Source: Vicinamibacteria bacterium | GTDB lineage: Bacteria; Acidobacteriota; Vicinamibacteria; Marinacidobacterales; Marinacidobacteraceae | DNA length: 64,000 bases | Assembly (NCBI GenBank): GCA_965116805.1 | Contig: OZ220713.1 | Location: 2,041,853-2,105,852, forward strand | Reading direction: 5' to 3' | In this document: in pieces, positions 56,163-64,000 of the stretch | How the letters are laid out: every line of letters begins with the position of its first letter | Numbering within the stretch: the stretch's first letter is position 1 | Made by a program: the position numbers and the translations under genes | Notes under the pieces: model-generated | What the model was told of the DNA's origin: nothing | The model's database searches: none | Seen by the model: the letters and a program-made list of their open reading frames with translations, nothing else

Positions 56163-57392
56163 TTGCGATCCATGACCGCGACGCGTCGCCTCCCCTCGCT
56201 CGGCAACCTGATGCTGATCGGAATGGGCGTCGGGGTGGCTGCCGGGATCCTCTTTGGCGAGAGCGCAACGCGGGCTTCGTTCCTCGGCGACATCTTCATC
56301 CGGCTGCTGACCCTGGTCGCGGTGCCGCTGGTCTTCTTCAACCTCATTACGGCGCTCGCCTCATCGGCTGCCTCGGGAGGAGTGAGCCGGCTGCTGCTCC
56401 GGATCGGGGCTTTCTTTGCGCTCACCACCGTGGCCGCCCAACTGATCGCCCTGGCGGTCGTCGGCCTGCTTCGTCCCGGAGCCGGCCTTGCTCCTTCGGG
56501 AGGGGGCGAAACAGGTGCGGGACCGATCGCCGCCCCGGGTTTCGAGGACTTCCTGTTCACCATGATCCCCGACAACGCACTCCGGGTCTTCGTGGACGAC
56601 CGGGTCACGGCAGTGGTGGTGCTCGGCCTGATGGTGGGTTTCGCCACCTGGGGCCTGGACCCGGAACGGCGCGCGGACATCACCCGTTTCTTCGCTTCGG
56701 GGACCGCCCTGCTGCGCCAGCTGGTCTCCGGCGTTCTCTGGTTCGGACCGGTCGGAGTCGCGGCGCTCGCCGCGGCCAGCGTGGGCGAATACGGAAGCTC
56801 GATTTTCGGTCCGCTCGGCGTATATATTGCGGCCGTCTGGATCGCGGACATCGCGATCTTCGCTCTGTATTTCGCCGCCCTGCGCTTCCTGGCGGCGACT
56901 TCGCCGCTGTCGTTCGTACGGCGAACGGCAACCGTGTGGACGACCACCGTATCCACCTGCAGCAGTCTCGCGAGTCTCGGCGCCTCGCTCAACGCCGCCG
57001 AAAAGATGGGTTTGCCCCGTTCGACCTATGCCCTCACCCTGCCGCTCGGCGCCCAGTTCAACAAGGACGGGAGTTCCGTTCTGCTCGCCGGGATCGTTCT
57101 GTTCACCGCGCAGGCCGTCGGAGTGTCGTTCGGGGTCGGGGAACTGCTGGTGTTGATCGCCCTGGGAGCCCTCTTCTCGGCCGCCGCCCCGGGAGTGCCC
57201 AACGGCGGGCTGGTGAACCAGTTCCTGCTGCTCCGCGCCTTCGGGCTGCCGGTGGAGATTGGTGTGCTCGTCGCGGGCATCTATCGCCTCGTGGACATGC
57301 CCACCACGACCGCCAACATCATGGGTGACCTCGTGGGGACGATGGTCGTCACTACCAAGGAAAAGGAGGAATCGGGCGGTGTCGCATCCTGA
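56163..57392 (+). CDS. Dicarboxylate/amino-acid:cation symporter (DAACS, GltP-like)
   Basis: ...PLGAQFNKDGSSVLLAGIVLFTAQAVG... and ...VPNGGLVNQFLLLRAFGLP... DAACS hairpin motifs. Confidence 0.85.
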   Translation: MRSMTATRRLPSLGNLMLIGMGVGVAAGILFGESATRASFLGDIFIRLLTLVAVPLVFFNLITALASSAASGGVSRLLLRIGAFFALTTVAAQLIALAVVGLLRPGAGLAPSGGGETGAGPIAAPGFEDFLFTMIPDNALRVFVDDRVTAVVVLGLMVGFATWGLDPERRADITRFFASGTALLRQLVSGVLWFGPVGVAALAAASVGEYGSSIFGPLGVYIAAVWIADIAIFALYFAALRFLAATSPLSFVRRTATVWTTTVSTCSSLASLGASLNAAEKMGLPRSTYALTLPLGAQFNKDGSSVLLAGIVLFTAQAVGVSFGVGELLVLIALGALFSAAAPGVPNGGLVNQFLLLRAFGLPVEIGVLVAGIYRLVDMPTTTANIMGDLVGTMVVTTKEKEESGGVAS

Positions 57393-58602
57393 ATCCCGAT
57401 CCGTGCTGACCGCGCGGGAGCTCTATCCCGGCGCTCCCGTCCGGCCCTACCTGAACGTCGCGGTGCGAAGCCTGCTCGCCCGCCCGGTGCGGGAGGTGTG
57501 CGACCGCTACCTCGACGGCGCCATGGAAGGGGGACCCGACAAGGACGAACTGTTCAACACCGTGGAGCGGGGCCGCGCCCGCTTCGCCCGCTGGATCGGC
57601 GCGGACCCGGACGAGGTGACCTGGACACGCAACGTCACCGACGGAATGAACCTCTTCCTCACCGCCCTCGACTGGCGGGATGGAGACGAGGTGGTCTATT
57701 GCCCGGACCTCGAGCACCCCGCGAACGTGTTGCCGTGGCGGAACCTGGCGCTCCGGCGCGGCGTGCGGCTGAAGGCGGTGCCGGCCGACGGCGGACGGCT
57801 GCCGTCGGTCCGGATGGCGGAGGCGGTGGGGCCGCGGACCCGGGTGATCGCCGCCGCGGCGGTGTCGTATTCGCCTGGCTTCGTCGCCGATCTCGCCCCG
57901 CTCAAGGAAGCGCGGGATCTGCATGGGGCCCTCCTGGTGGTGGATGCGGCCCAGTCGGTGGGCGTGCTTCGTACCGATGTGGACCGGGTCGGCGCCGACG
58001 TGCTGGCGGTGGCCACCCAGAAGTCGCTCTCGGCGTTCTATGGCACCGGCTTTCTGTATTGCCGCCGGGGGGTCGCGGAGGCGCTCAAGCCCGCCGCGCT
58101 CGGCCGTCACGGAGTGCTCTTCAACGCCTCCGAGACCGCGCTTCCCGACGCCGGTATCCCCTACGCGCCGGGCGCCCGCCGTTTCGACCTCGGCAACTAC
58201 AACTACCTAGGCGCGGTCGCCGCCGACCGGGCTCTGGAGCTGCTCGAATCCTTCGGAGCGGCGGCCATCGAGGAGCGGAGCCTGGGGCTGGCGCGCCGCC
58301 TCGCGGATGGCCTGGTGGAGCTGGGCCTACCCCTGACCGGGGGCGCCCCCGGCCCCTGGCTCTCCCACATCGTCACCGTCGGCAAACTCGGCCGCCAGGG
58401 CGAACGCACGGTGAAGGATCCCGGGCTGGCCGATCTCTGGGTCCGCCTGAAGGCCGCCGATGTGGTGATGTCCGTCCGCCGTGCCGTTCTCCGCCTGTCC
58501 TGTTTCATCCACAACGACGAGGGTGATATCGACCGGGTGCTCGAGGTGGCGCGCGAGTGGCGCCGCGAGACCGCCCCGCCGGTACTCAGTGGAGTGGCCT
58601 AG
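57379..58602 (+). CDS. Aminotransferase class V-fold PLP-dependent enzyme (cysteine-desulfurase-like)
   Basis: Strong RBS AAGGAGGA 8 nt before GTG 57379. ...LLVVDAAQSVGVLRTDVDRVGADVLAVATQKSLSAFYGTGFLY... (PLP Lys). Overlaps the transporter stop by 14 bp. Confidence 0.8.
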   Translation: MSHPESRSVLTARELYPGAPVRPYLNVAVRSLLARPVREVCDRYLDGAMEGGPDKDELFNTVERGRARFARWIGADPDEVTWTRNVTDGMNLFLTALDWRDGDEVVYCPDLEHPANVLPWRNLALRRGVRLKAVPADGGRLPSVRMAEAVGPRTRVIAAAAVSYSPGFVADLAPLKEARDLHGALLVVDAAQSVGVLRTDVDRVGADVLAVATQKSLSAFYGTGFLYCRRGVAEALKPAALGRHGVLFNASETALPDAGIPYAPGARRFDLGNYNYLGAVAADRALELLESFGAAAIEERSLGLARRLADGLVELGLPLTGGAPGPWLSHIVTVGKLGRQGERTVKDPGLADLWVRLKAADVVMSVRRAVLRLSCFIHNDEGDIDRVLEVAREWRRETAPPVLSGVA

Positions 58603-58666
58603 AATTTCCGACCCGCCGTCATCGCCGCCGAGAGCGGCCCTCAACTTCCTCAACGGAGAACGATCC

Positions 58667-59164
58667 ATGACCCGCATCGCTTCCTTCGCGCTGGCCGCCC
58701 TGGCCGTCGCCGCGCTGGCTTTCGCCCATCCGCACTTCAACAAGACGGTTTCCACCACCATCGGCGAGGTGGAAGTCTCCGTCTCCTACAACTCCACCGA
58801 CGCCAACATGGAGCGGGTGGCCGCGGTCGAGGCCGGGACTTTCGTCAGCCCCCGCGGGCCGCGCCTGAATATCTCGGCCGACGTGATGGCCGGCGACATG
58901 ACGATTTCGGCCGGGGAATACACCATCGGCGTCATCAAGGGTGACGACGGTTCCTGGACCATGGCGCTCCACGAGGGACGGATCCCCCGGGGCGAGATGC
59001 CGGACATGGGCAAGGTGATGAAGCTGGATTCCCGCTATTCCGACCAGATGGGGACCGCCGATCACATGCTGATCGACATCACCGCCGGCTCGGGCGACTT
59101 CGCCGGGAAGCCGGTGCTGACGATCCACTTCGGCAACATGCACCTCCAGGCCGCCATCGGCTAG
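58667..59164 (+). CDS. Secreted DUF2911-family protein (165 aa)
   Basis: MTRIASFALAALAVAALAFAHPHFNKTV... signal peptide. Trimmed from the track ORF 58481... Confidence 0.6.
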   Translation: MTRIASFALAALAVAALAFAHPHFNKTVSTTIGEVEVSVSYNSTDANMERVAAVEAGTFVSPRGPRLNISADVMAGDMTISAGEYTIGVIKGDDGSWTMALHEGRIPRGEMPDMGKVMKLDSRYSDQMGTADHMLIDITAGSGDFAGKPVLTIHFGNMHLQAAIG

Positions 59165-59232
59165 ACCGGCGCCCGTACGGGCAAACGCTCCGCCTGCCGG
59201 AACGGCAGGCGGGCCCACGGAGGCCGGACCGA

Positions 59233-60039
59233 CTACCGGTCGATGACCAGCGTCACGGACAGCCCCGGTCCGCCGCCGCGGACGCTCGTGGGAACGGTGA
59301 CCCGCACCTCGGGGAAGTCGGCGACCCAGCTCTCTTCGCCGTAGCCCGCGTAGCGGCCCTCGGCGCGGATCGCGACACGCTCGCCAAGACCCTTTTCGAA
59401 CCCCACGCCCATCGTCCACGCAAAGAAGTCCAGGTCGCGGGGGTCGGTGCCGGACGTGAACTGGTCCGGCGTGCAAGGGATCGGTGAAAGGCACCCGTGC
59501 CAGTTGACCGTCACCCGGGCGGCGACCCGGCGCAGCCCGGCCAGGACATAGACGCTCTCGTCGCGCGAACCCAGTCCGCCAGGGCTGCCTCCGAGACGTA
59601 GCGTCACGCCGTAGCTGCGCTGCTTCTCGAAGGACCAATCGTCCGGCCACACTTCGCCGAGCTGTCTCCCGGACGGTGAGGTCCCCGAACCTTCGAGTTG
59701 TGCTTCGAGCGTGCCGCCGTGAAACGCGAAGTCCGCTTCGGCGCTGAGAAACGTCCCGCCGCCCAATGGCCAGCGGTAGCCCGCCAGCAGCGCCAATCCG
59801 GGCAAGGGACCGCTAACGGAACCCTCGTCTTCGAAGACTTCACCGCGCCGCGGCGTCGGGACGAGCGTCGCCGGGTCGGTGTTGTCCACGGCTTTTTCGT
59901 ACGTGACTCCGGCGCGCTCCAGGGGAATGCCGATCCCGAAGCGAAAACCGCGCCGGTCCTGCGCGGAGGCGAGCTCGGCCGGGCCGAGCCCTGCGGTCAG
60001 GCCGAGGGATATCGCGAGCAGCGATCCGGCCCGGCTCAT
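59233..60039 (-). CDS. Outer-membrane beta-barrel protein (OmpW/OmpA-like), hypothetical
   Basis: Signal peptide MSRAGSLLAISLGLTAGLGPAELASAQ. Alternating amphipathic beta-strands. C-terminal aromatic-rich end. Confidence 0.65.
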   Translation of the reverse strand: MSRAGSLLAISLGLTAGLGPAELASAQDRRGFRFGIGIPLERAGVTYEKAVDNTDPATLVPTPRRGEVFEDEGSVSGPLPGLALLAGYRWPLGGGTFLSAEADFAFHGGTLEAQLEGSGTSPSGRQLGEVWPDDWSFEKQRSYGVTLRLGGSPGGLGSRDESVYVLAGLRRVAARVTVNWHGCLSPIPCTPDQFTSGTDPRDLDFFAWTMGVGFEKGLGERVAIRAEGRYAGYGEESWVADFPEVRVTVPTSVRGGGPGLSVTLVIDR

Positions 60040-60061
60040 TCCTGCTCGCTCCTCTCCCGCC

Positions 60062-62077
60062 TCAGGGTTCCAGCTGGCGGAGCAGGTTCTGCGCTTCCTG
60101 GGCGAAGGGGTCTTCCGCGGGAACGGAGCGCAGCAGTTCCCGCGCCTCCGGGATCCGCTGCTGCGAGAGGCGGGTCACCGCCATGAAGAAGCGGATCCCG
60201 GGCTGGCTGGAGTCCAGGTTGTAACTCTGTTCGAACGCCCTGCCGGCCGCCGCGGAGTTGCCGTCGAGGACATGCAGCCGTCCGAGGTTGAGCTGCTGCG
60301 GCGCGTCGTCGGCGAAGAAATTTCCCCGGATCGCGTGCAGGCGCTTCGCCAGTTCGAAGCTCTGCTCGGCTTCTCCCGGAAGGGTCCGGATGCCGAGGTT
60401 GAGAAGCGAGATCGCCGCGTTCATCCGCACGGACCGGCGTTCGTCCTGGACGCGGGCGACGAGGGTGTCCCGGATCTCGGCGGACTCGGTGTTCCCGGTC
60501 TCCCCCAGTTTCAGCGCGGCGACGGCCCTCACCAGGGGATGGGGATCTCCCGAGGCGGCGAGCAGAGCCTCGGTTGCCGGCTCCCGGGTCGCCGGGTCGG
60601 CGAGGTAGCGGCCGAGATGTCCGGCGGCGTTCGCGCGGTTGATGGGACCCTCGCCCTCGTCGGCCGACATGGCAAGCAGGAGATCGAGCGCCTCCCGGCT
60701 CAGTTCGCGGGCGCCGGTGTAGGCATCGGCCCGCCGTTCGATCTTCCGCCGCCGCGCGGTCTCGCCCCACCACTCGTCCATCCGCTCGGTCGCCCATTCG
60801 GGGCTCTCGGCAGAGTGACACTCGTTACACGCATTGGGCACTCCGTATCGGGCAGTGTTCCGGGGCGACGGGATCGAGATGCTGTGGTCGCGCATCTTCG
60901 CCCGGATGCTGGTGACGCTGCGCGGCATGTGGCACTCGACGCACGAACTGCCCTCGCTCTGGGCCGGGTGGAAGGTGTGCGCCGTGAGATCGGCGCCGAT
61001 CGCCTCGTGACAGCCCGTGCAGAGCCCGTTGTTCGTCGGCAGGAGCTGTTCGTTCTGCTCGATGTCCGGACGGTGGGGGTCGATATGGCAACCCGTGCAG
61101 GTGGCGCTCCCCTCCACGAAGCACTCGCTCTGCCAGATGCCGAGGGTGTTGGTGGAGAACCGGCGGGTCTTCCCGTCCGGGTACCAGGTCGGGTCCTCGG
61201 AGGGCTCCTGGGTGTACTCGAGGATCGGGAAGAAATGGTCGAAGTAGTTGTCGCCGGCGGCGAATCCGAAGGCCATCTGGTCCCGGAACGAGTGGCACTG
61301 GGCGCAGACCATCGAGTTCGTCTCGTGGTCGAGCCGGGTCTGCTGCACAATGTAGCTCGCGGGATCGTCCCCGTAGAAGTCGAGGTTCATGTACTTGTCC
61401 ACGTGCCGGCTGCCCGGTCCGTGGCAGCGCTCGCAGGTGGTGCCGAAGTCGAGCCAGGTGGTGTCGTAGCGGTTTTCCCCCGGGCGGAAGCCCTTCATCT
61501 GGTCGCTCACGTGACAGCCGAAACAGTTCTTGTTCCAGAGCTGCACCGGGACGATGCCCTCCGCCTGGTCGGGAGCCGCGATCTCGAGGTTGTGGAACCA
61601 CTCCCGGCGCAGCACGTCCCAGGTCGGCGGCAGCACGATGACCCGGCCGTCCTCGAGCGTCGTCAGGTAGTGCTGGATGCGGCGGTTCCCCAGCGTGTAG
61701 TCCACCTGGTGCTCGACGGGTTCGCCCGTGAAGAAGGGCTCGGTGATGAAGTACTTCGAGCCCACGCGCCGGATCCGGTACTCCTCGCCGCGGAGCCTGA
61801 GGACCTCCTGGGAGAAGTCTCCGAGAACCTGGCCGGGGACGGCCGGCTGCACCATCTTGGAGTGGCGGGAGGAGGTCCAGTCATCGTGGGCCTGCTCGTG
61901 GCAGGTCAGGCACTCGGCCGAACCCACCATCATGGCGGGCTGTTCGGACAGCGGCGGGGGGACCGGCTGCGCCGCCTGAGCGGCGGCCGCGGCGACCGGA
62001 GGCGAGCCGACGGAGGTGGCGAACAGTCCGAGCGCCGCCAGGGTGGCCGCGCCGGCACACGCCAGCGTGAACCTCAC
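60062..62077 (-). CDS. Octahaem c-type cytochrome with C-terminal TPR/HEAT-like repeats (671 aa)
   Basis: Eight CxxCH motifs (CLTCH, CFGCH, CERCH, CAQCH, CTGCH, CTGCH, CVECH, CNECH). GTG start preceded by GGAGGAG, overlapping the upstream gene's stop (GTGA). The track ORF (to 63166) is a frame read-through into the upstream gene. Confidence 0.8.
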   Translation of the reverse strand: MRFTLACAGAATLAALGLFATSVGSPPVAAAAAQAAQPVPPPLSEQPAMMVGSAECLTCHEQAHDDWTSSRHSKMVQPAVPGQVLGDFSQEVLRLRGEEYRIRRVGSKYFITEPFFTGEPVEHQVDYTLGNRRIQHYLTTLEDGRVIVLPPTWDVLRREWFHNLEIAAPDQAEGIVPVQLWNKNCFGCHVSDQMKGFRPGENRYDTTWLDFGTTCERCHGPGSRHVDKYMNLDFYGDDPASYIVQQTRLDHETNSMVCAQCHSFRDQMAFGFAAGDNYFDHFFPILEYTQEPSEDPTWYPDGKTRRFSTNTLGIWQSECFVEGSATCTGCHIDPHRPDIEQNEQLLPTNNGLCTGCHEAIGADLTAHTFHPAQSEGSSCVECHMPRSVTSIRAKMRDHSISIPSPRNTARYGVPNACNECHSAESPEWATERMDEWWGETARRRKIERRADAYTGARELSREALDLLLAMSADEGEGPINRANAAGHLGRYLADPATREPATEALLAASGDPHPLVRAVAALKLGETGNTESAEIRDTLVARVQDERRSVRMNAAISLLNLGIRTLPGEAEQSFELAKRLHAIRGNFFADDAPQQLNLGRLHVLDGNSAAAGRAFEQSYNLDSSQPGIRFFMAVTRLSQQRIPEARELLRSVPAEDPFAQEAQNLLRQLEP

Positions 62078-63735
62078 GACGGCGGCTCCTCCACGATGTG
62101 TATCCGGCGCGCCGCCGGGGCCTCGACTTCGCTCCGGGCTCCCGAAGGCCAGAGCACTGCCGCGGAAACCGCCCGCCCCCCGGAGCCCAGGCCGAAGACC
62201 ACCTCGAGCTGGTTCTGCGAGGCGTATCCGGTGGCGCTCTTCACGACGCGGGTCTCGCTGCGGGTCATGCCGGCATCCTCGATGGCAACGGTGATCTTCG
62301 CACCGATTCCGTCCCGGTTCGAATTTTCTCCCCGGAGCCGGAAGCCCACCCAGCCGTTCCGCTCGCCGCCGTCGTTGCGGAAGAGGCGCGCCGGGCCGCC
62401 GTTCCCGCTGACCGCGAGGTCCGGATCGCCGTCCCCGTCGATGTCGCCGAAGGCCGCTCCCCGGGCCACCATGGGTTGTGCGAGATCCGGGGAGCCGGTG
62501 GTTACCTCTTCGAAGCCGCCGTCGCCCCGGTTCCGGAAGAGATGGGGGGCCTGGCGGTAGCTGACCCGCTGCTGGACGGCGGCGATGTCGTTTTCGACGT
62601 GCCCGTTCGCGACGAAGATGTCCTGGCGTCCGTCGAGGTCGTAGTCGAAGAAGAAGGCCCCGAACGCGAGGGTGAGGAGACTGTTGCGGCCGATCTCCGA
62701 GACCGGCGCCTGGTCGATGAAGAAGCCGACGCCCTCGTTGTGGTAGAGCGAGACCATCTCGTTCGAGAAGTTCCCGATGACGAGGTCGGGCATGCCGTCG
62801 CCGTCGTAGTCGGAGGCGTCGATCCCCATGGCGCCCCGGGCGGCCCCGTTCTCCGCGAACGCGATGCCGGAAAGCACGCCGGCGTCCTCGAACCGCCCGC
62901 CGCCGAGATTCCGGTAGAGGTAGTTGGGCTGGGTGTCGTTGGCCACCGCGAGGTCGAAGAGCCCGTCGGCATCGAAATCGAGGACCGCGACGCCGAGGCC
63001 CTTCCCCCGGGGGTTGAAGAGTCCCGCCTCCCGCGTGACGTCGGTGAACCCCGCCGCGCCGTCGTTCCGGTAGAGGATGGCGCTCGCCCCGTTGTACGAC
63101 TCCGGGGTGCAGTAGCTCTTGTTCACCCCGTCGAGGGCGCAGAAGATGTCCTCCTCGATGGACCACTCCACGTAGTTCAGCAAGAAGAGATCCAGGTCCC
63201 CGTCACCGTCGGCGTCGAGCCAGGTGGCGACGCTCGAAAAGCCGGGGTCCGCCACCGAGGCGGCGTGCGGCGCCTCCCGGAACACCCCGCCGCCGGTGTT
63301 CTCGAGCAGGCGGTTCGGCCCGAGGACGGTGAGGTAGAGGTCCTGGTCCCCGTCGGCGTCGTAGTCGGCGATCGCCACGCCCATGCCGTAGAACGGGACG
63401 TCGAGGCCCGAACCGGCGGTCGCGTCCTCGAAGGTCCCGTCGCCCCGGTTCAGGTAGAGCGCCGCGGTGGGCTCCGGTTCCGTCCGGTGGCCCGGCCAGC
63501 GCCGGCTGTTGACGAAGAGCAGGTCCTGGTCGCCGTCGCCGTCGGCGTCGAAGAAGGCCACCCCAGAGCCCATGGTCTCGGGCAGGTACTTCTCGCCGAA
63601 GGCCCCGTTCTCGTGGACGAAGTCGATCCCGGCGGCCTCGGTCACGTCCACGAAGCGCGGTTCCTGGGACTCCGCGGGGACGGCGAAAAGGCAGAGCACG
63701 GCGACCGGCAGGCCGCGGGGCACGCACTGGCTCAC
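62074..63735 (-). CDS. CRTAC1-family (ASPIC/UnbV + FG-GAP/VCBS repeat) protein, secreted
   Basis: Repeated ...D.D.DGD.DL... FG-GAP Ca-binding blades. C-terminal UnbV/ASPIC-like region. GTG start overlaps the TPR gene stop. Confidence 0.8.
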   Translation of the reverse strand: MSQCVPRGLPVAVLCLFAVPAESQEPRFVDVTEAAGIDFVHENGAFGEKYLPETMGSGVAFFDADGDGDQDLLFVNSRRWPGHRTEPEPTAALYLNRGDGTFEDATAGSGLDVPFYGMGVAIADYDADGDQDLYLTVLGPNRLLENTGGGVFREAPHAASVADPGFSSVATWLDADGDGDLDLFLLNYVEWSIEEDIFCALDGVNKSYCTPESYNGASAILYRNDGAAGFTDVTREAGLFNPRGKGLGVAVLDFDADGLFDLAVANDTQPNYLYRNLGGGRFEDAGVLSGIAFAENGAARGAMGIDASDYDGDGMPDLVIGNFSNEMVSLYHNEGVGFFIDQAPVSEIGRNSLLTLAFGAFFFDYDLDGRQDIFVANGHVENDIAAVQQRVSYRQAPHLFRNRGDGGFEEVTTGSPDLAQPMVARGAAFGDIDGDGDPDLAVSGNGGPARLFRNDGGERNGWVGFRLRGENSNRDGIGAKITVAIEDAGMTRSETRVVKSATGYASQNQLEVVFGLGSGGRAVSAAVLWPSGARSEVEAPAARRIHIVEEPPS

Positions 63736-64000
63736 TGCGCGGAAGGCGCGAGCCCGTTGCGGTGTTCGTGGATCGGCAAGCGTTCGTTGTTGTCGTCGGG
63801 ATGGGTGCGCCGGTAGTCCCCGGTGACGAACTGCGAGGCCTCGTCGGCCTTGAAGCGCAGGTAGAGCTCGCGGTGGCGGGCGGCGCGTTCCGGATCCCGG
63901 AGGCCCTGGGAAGCGAGCATCAGGTTGTAGTGGGCCTCGAGGTCCTCGGGATCGATGGCGAGCGTCTTCTCGAGGACCGCGACCGCCTCGGCGAACTCGC
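63732..64000 (-). CDS. TPR-repeat protein (C-terminal part only; N-terminus beyond the window edge)
   Basis: ...EFAEAVAVLEKTLAIDPEDLEAHYNLMLASQGLRDPERAARHRELYLRFKADE... TPR helices. Frame open to the window edge. Confidence 0.6.
   Translation of the reverse strand, partial: EFAEAVAVLEKTLAIDPEDLEAHYNLMLASQGLRDPERAARHRELYLRFKADEASQFVTGDYRRTHPDDNNERLPIHEHRNGLAPSAQ

Noticed and set aside
60062-63166. 1034-aa ORF spanning the cytochrome and CRTAC1 genes
   Set aside because: The two genes are in different frames joined by a GTGA overlap. The long ORF is the cytochrome frame reading backwards through the upstream gene. A GGAGGAG RBS and GTG at 62077 mark the true start.

Overview
This 64 kb window is a high-GC (about 68-70%) bacterial chromosomal segment. 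A Gemmatimonadota-like metagenome-assembled genome is a guess only. It carries about 55 protein-coding genes and one tRNA-Asp. Housekeeping content includes mmsA, a czcCBA-type heavy-metal RND efflux operon, groES-groEL, ilvD, panE, ddl, sseA, several secreted peptidases and amidohydrolases (S9A prolyl oligopeptidase, oligopeptidase B, S45 acylase), MATE, SSS and DAACS transporters, and a TPR / CRTAC1-FG-GAP / octahaem cytochrome c operon. Five things stand out. (1) A SelW/Rdx-family selenoprotein gene with an in-frame TGA (539..766) that ordinary stop-to-stop ORF finding cannot see. (2) An about 8.5 kb lower-GC accessory 'defense island' (about 17.1-25.6 kb) holding a RelE/ParE toxin-antitoxin pair, an AbiEi-like protein, a complete MmeI-family type IIL restriction-modification enzyme, and a very low-GC three-gene module (cGAS/DncV-like or SMODS-like nucleotidyltransferase, a 4-TM protein, and an unknown 363-aa protein). 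I interpret that module as a candidate minimal CBASS-like or novel defense system. (3) A 1.1 kb array of about 31 tandem copies of a 16-bp 'GCTCCGGTCGATA(A/T)CG' motif in two clusters that flank and invade a small HicB-like ORF, abutting an ankyrin-repeat gene. (4) A family of REP/BIME-like palindromic intergenic repeats at seven or more loci, including a MITE-like 650-bp element with 45-bp terminal inverted repeats and a pair of inverted about 100-bp copies flanking a 4.5 kb segment. (5) Several orphan or degenerate toxin-antitoxin components. Many long overlapping ORFs in the six-frame track are GC-driven artefacts and were not called.
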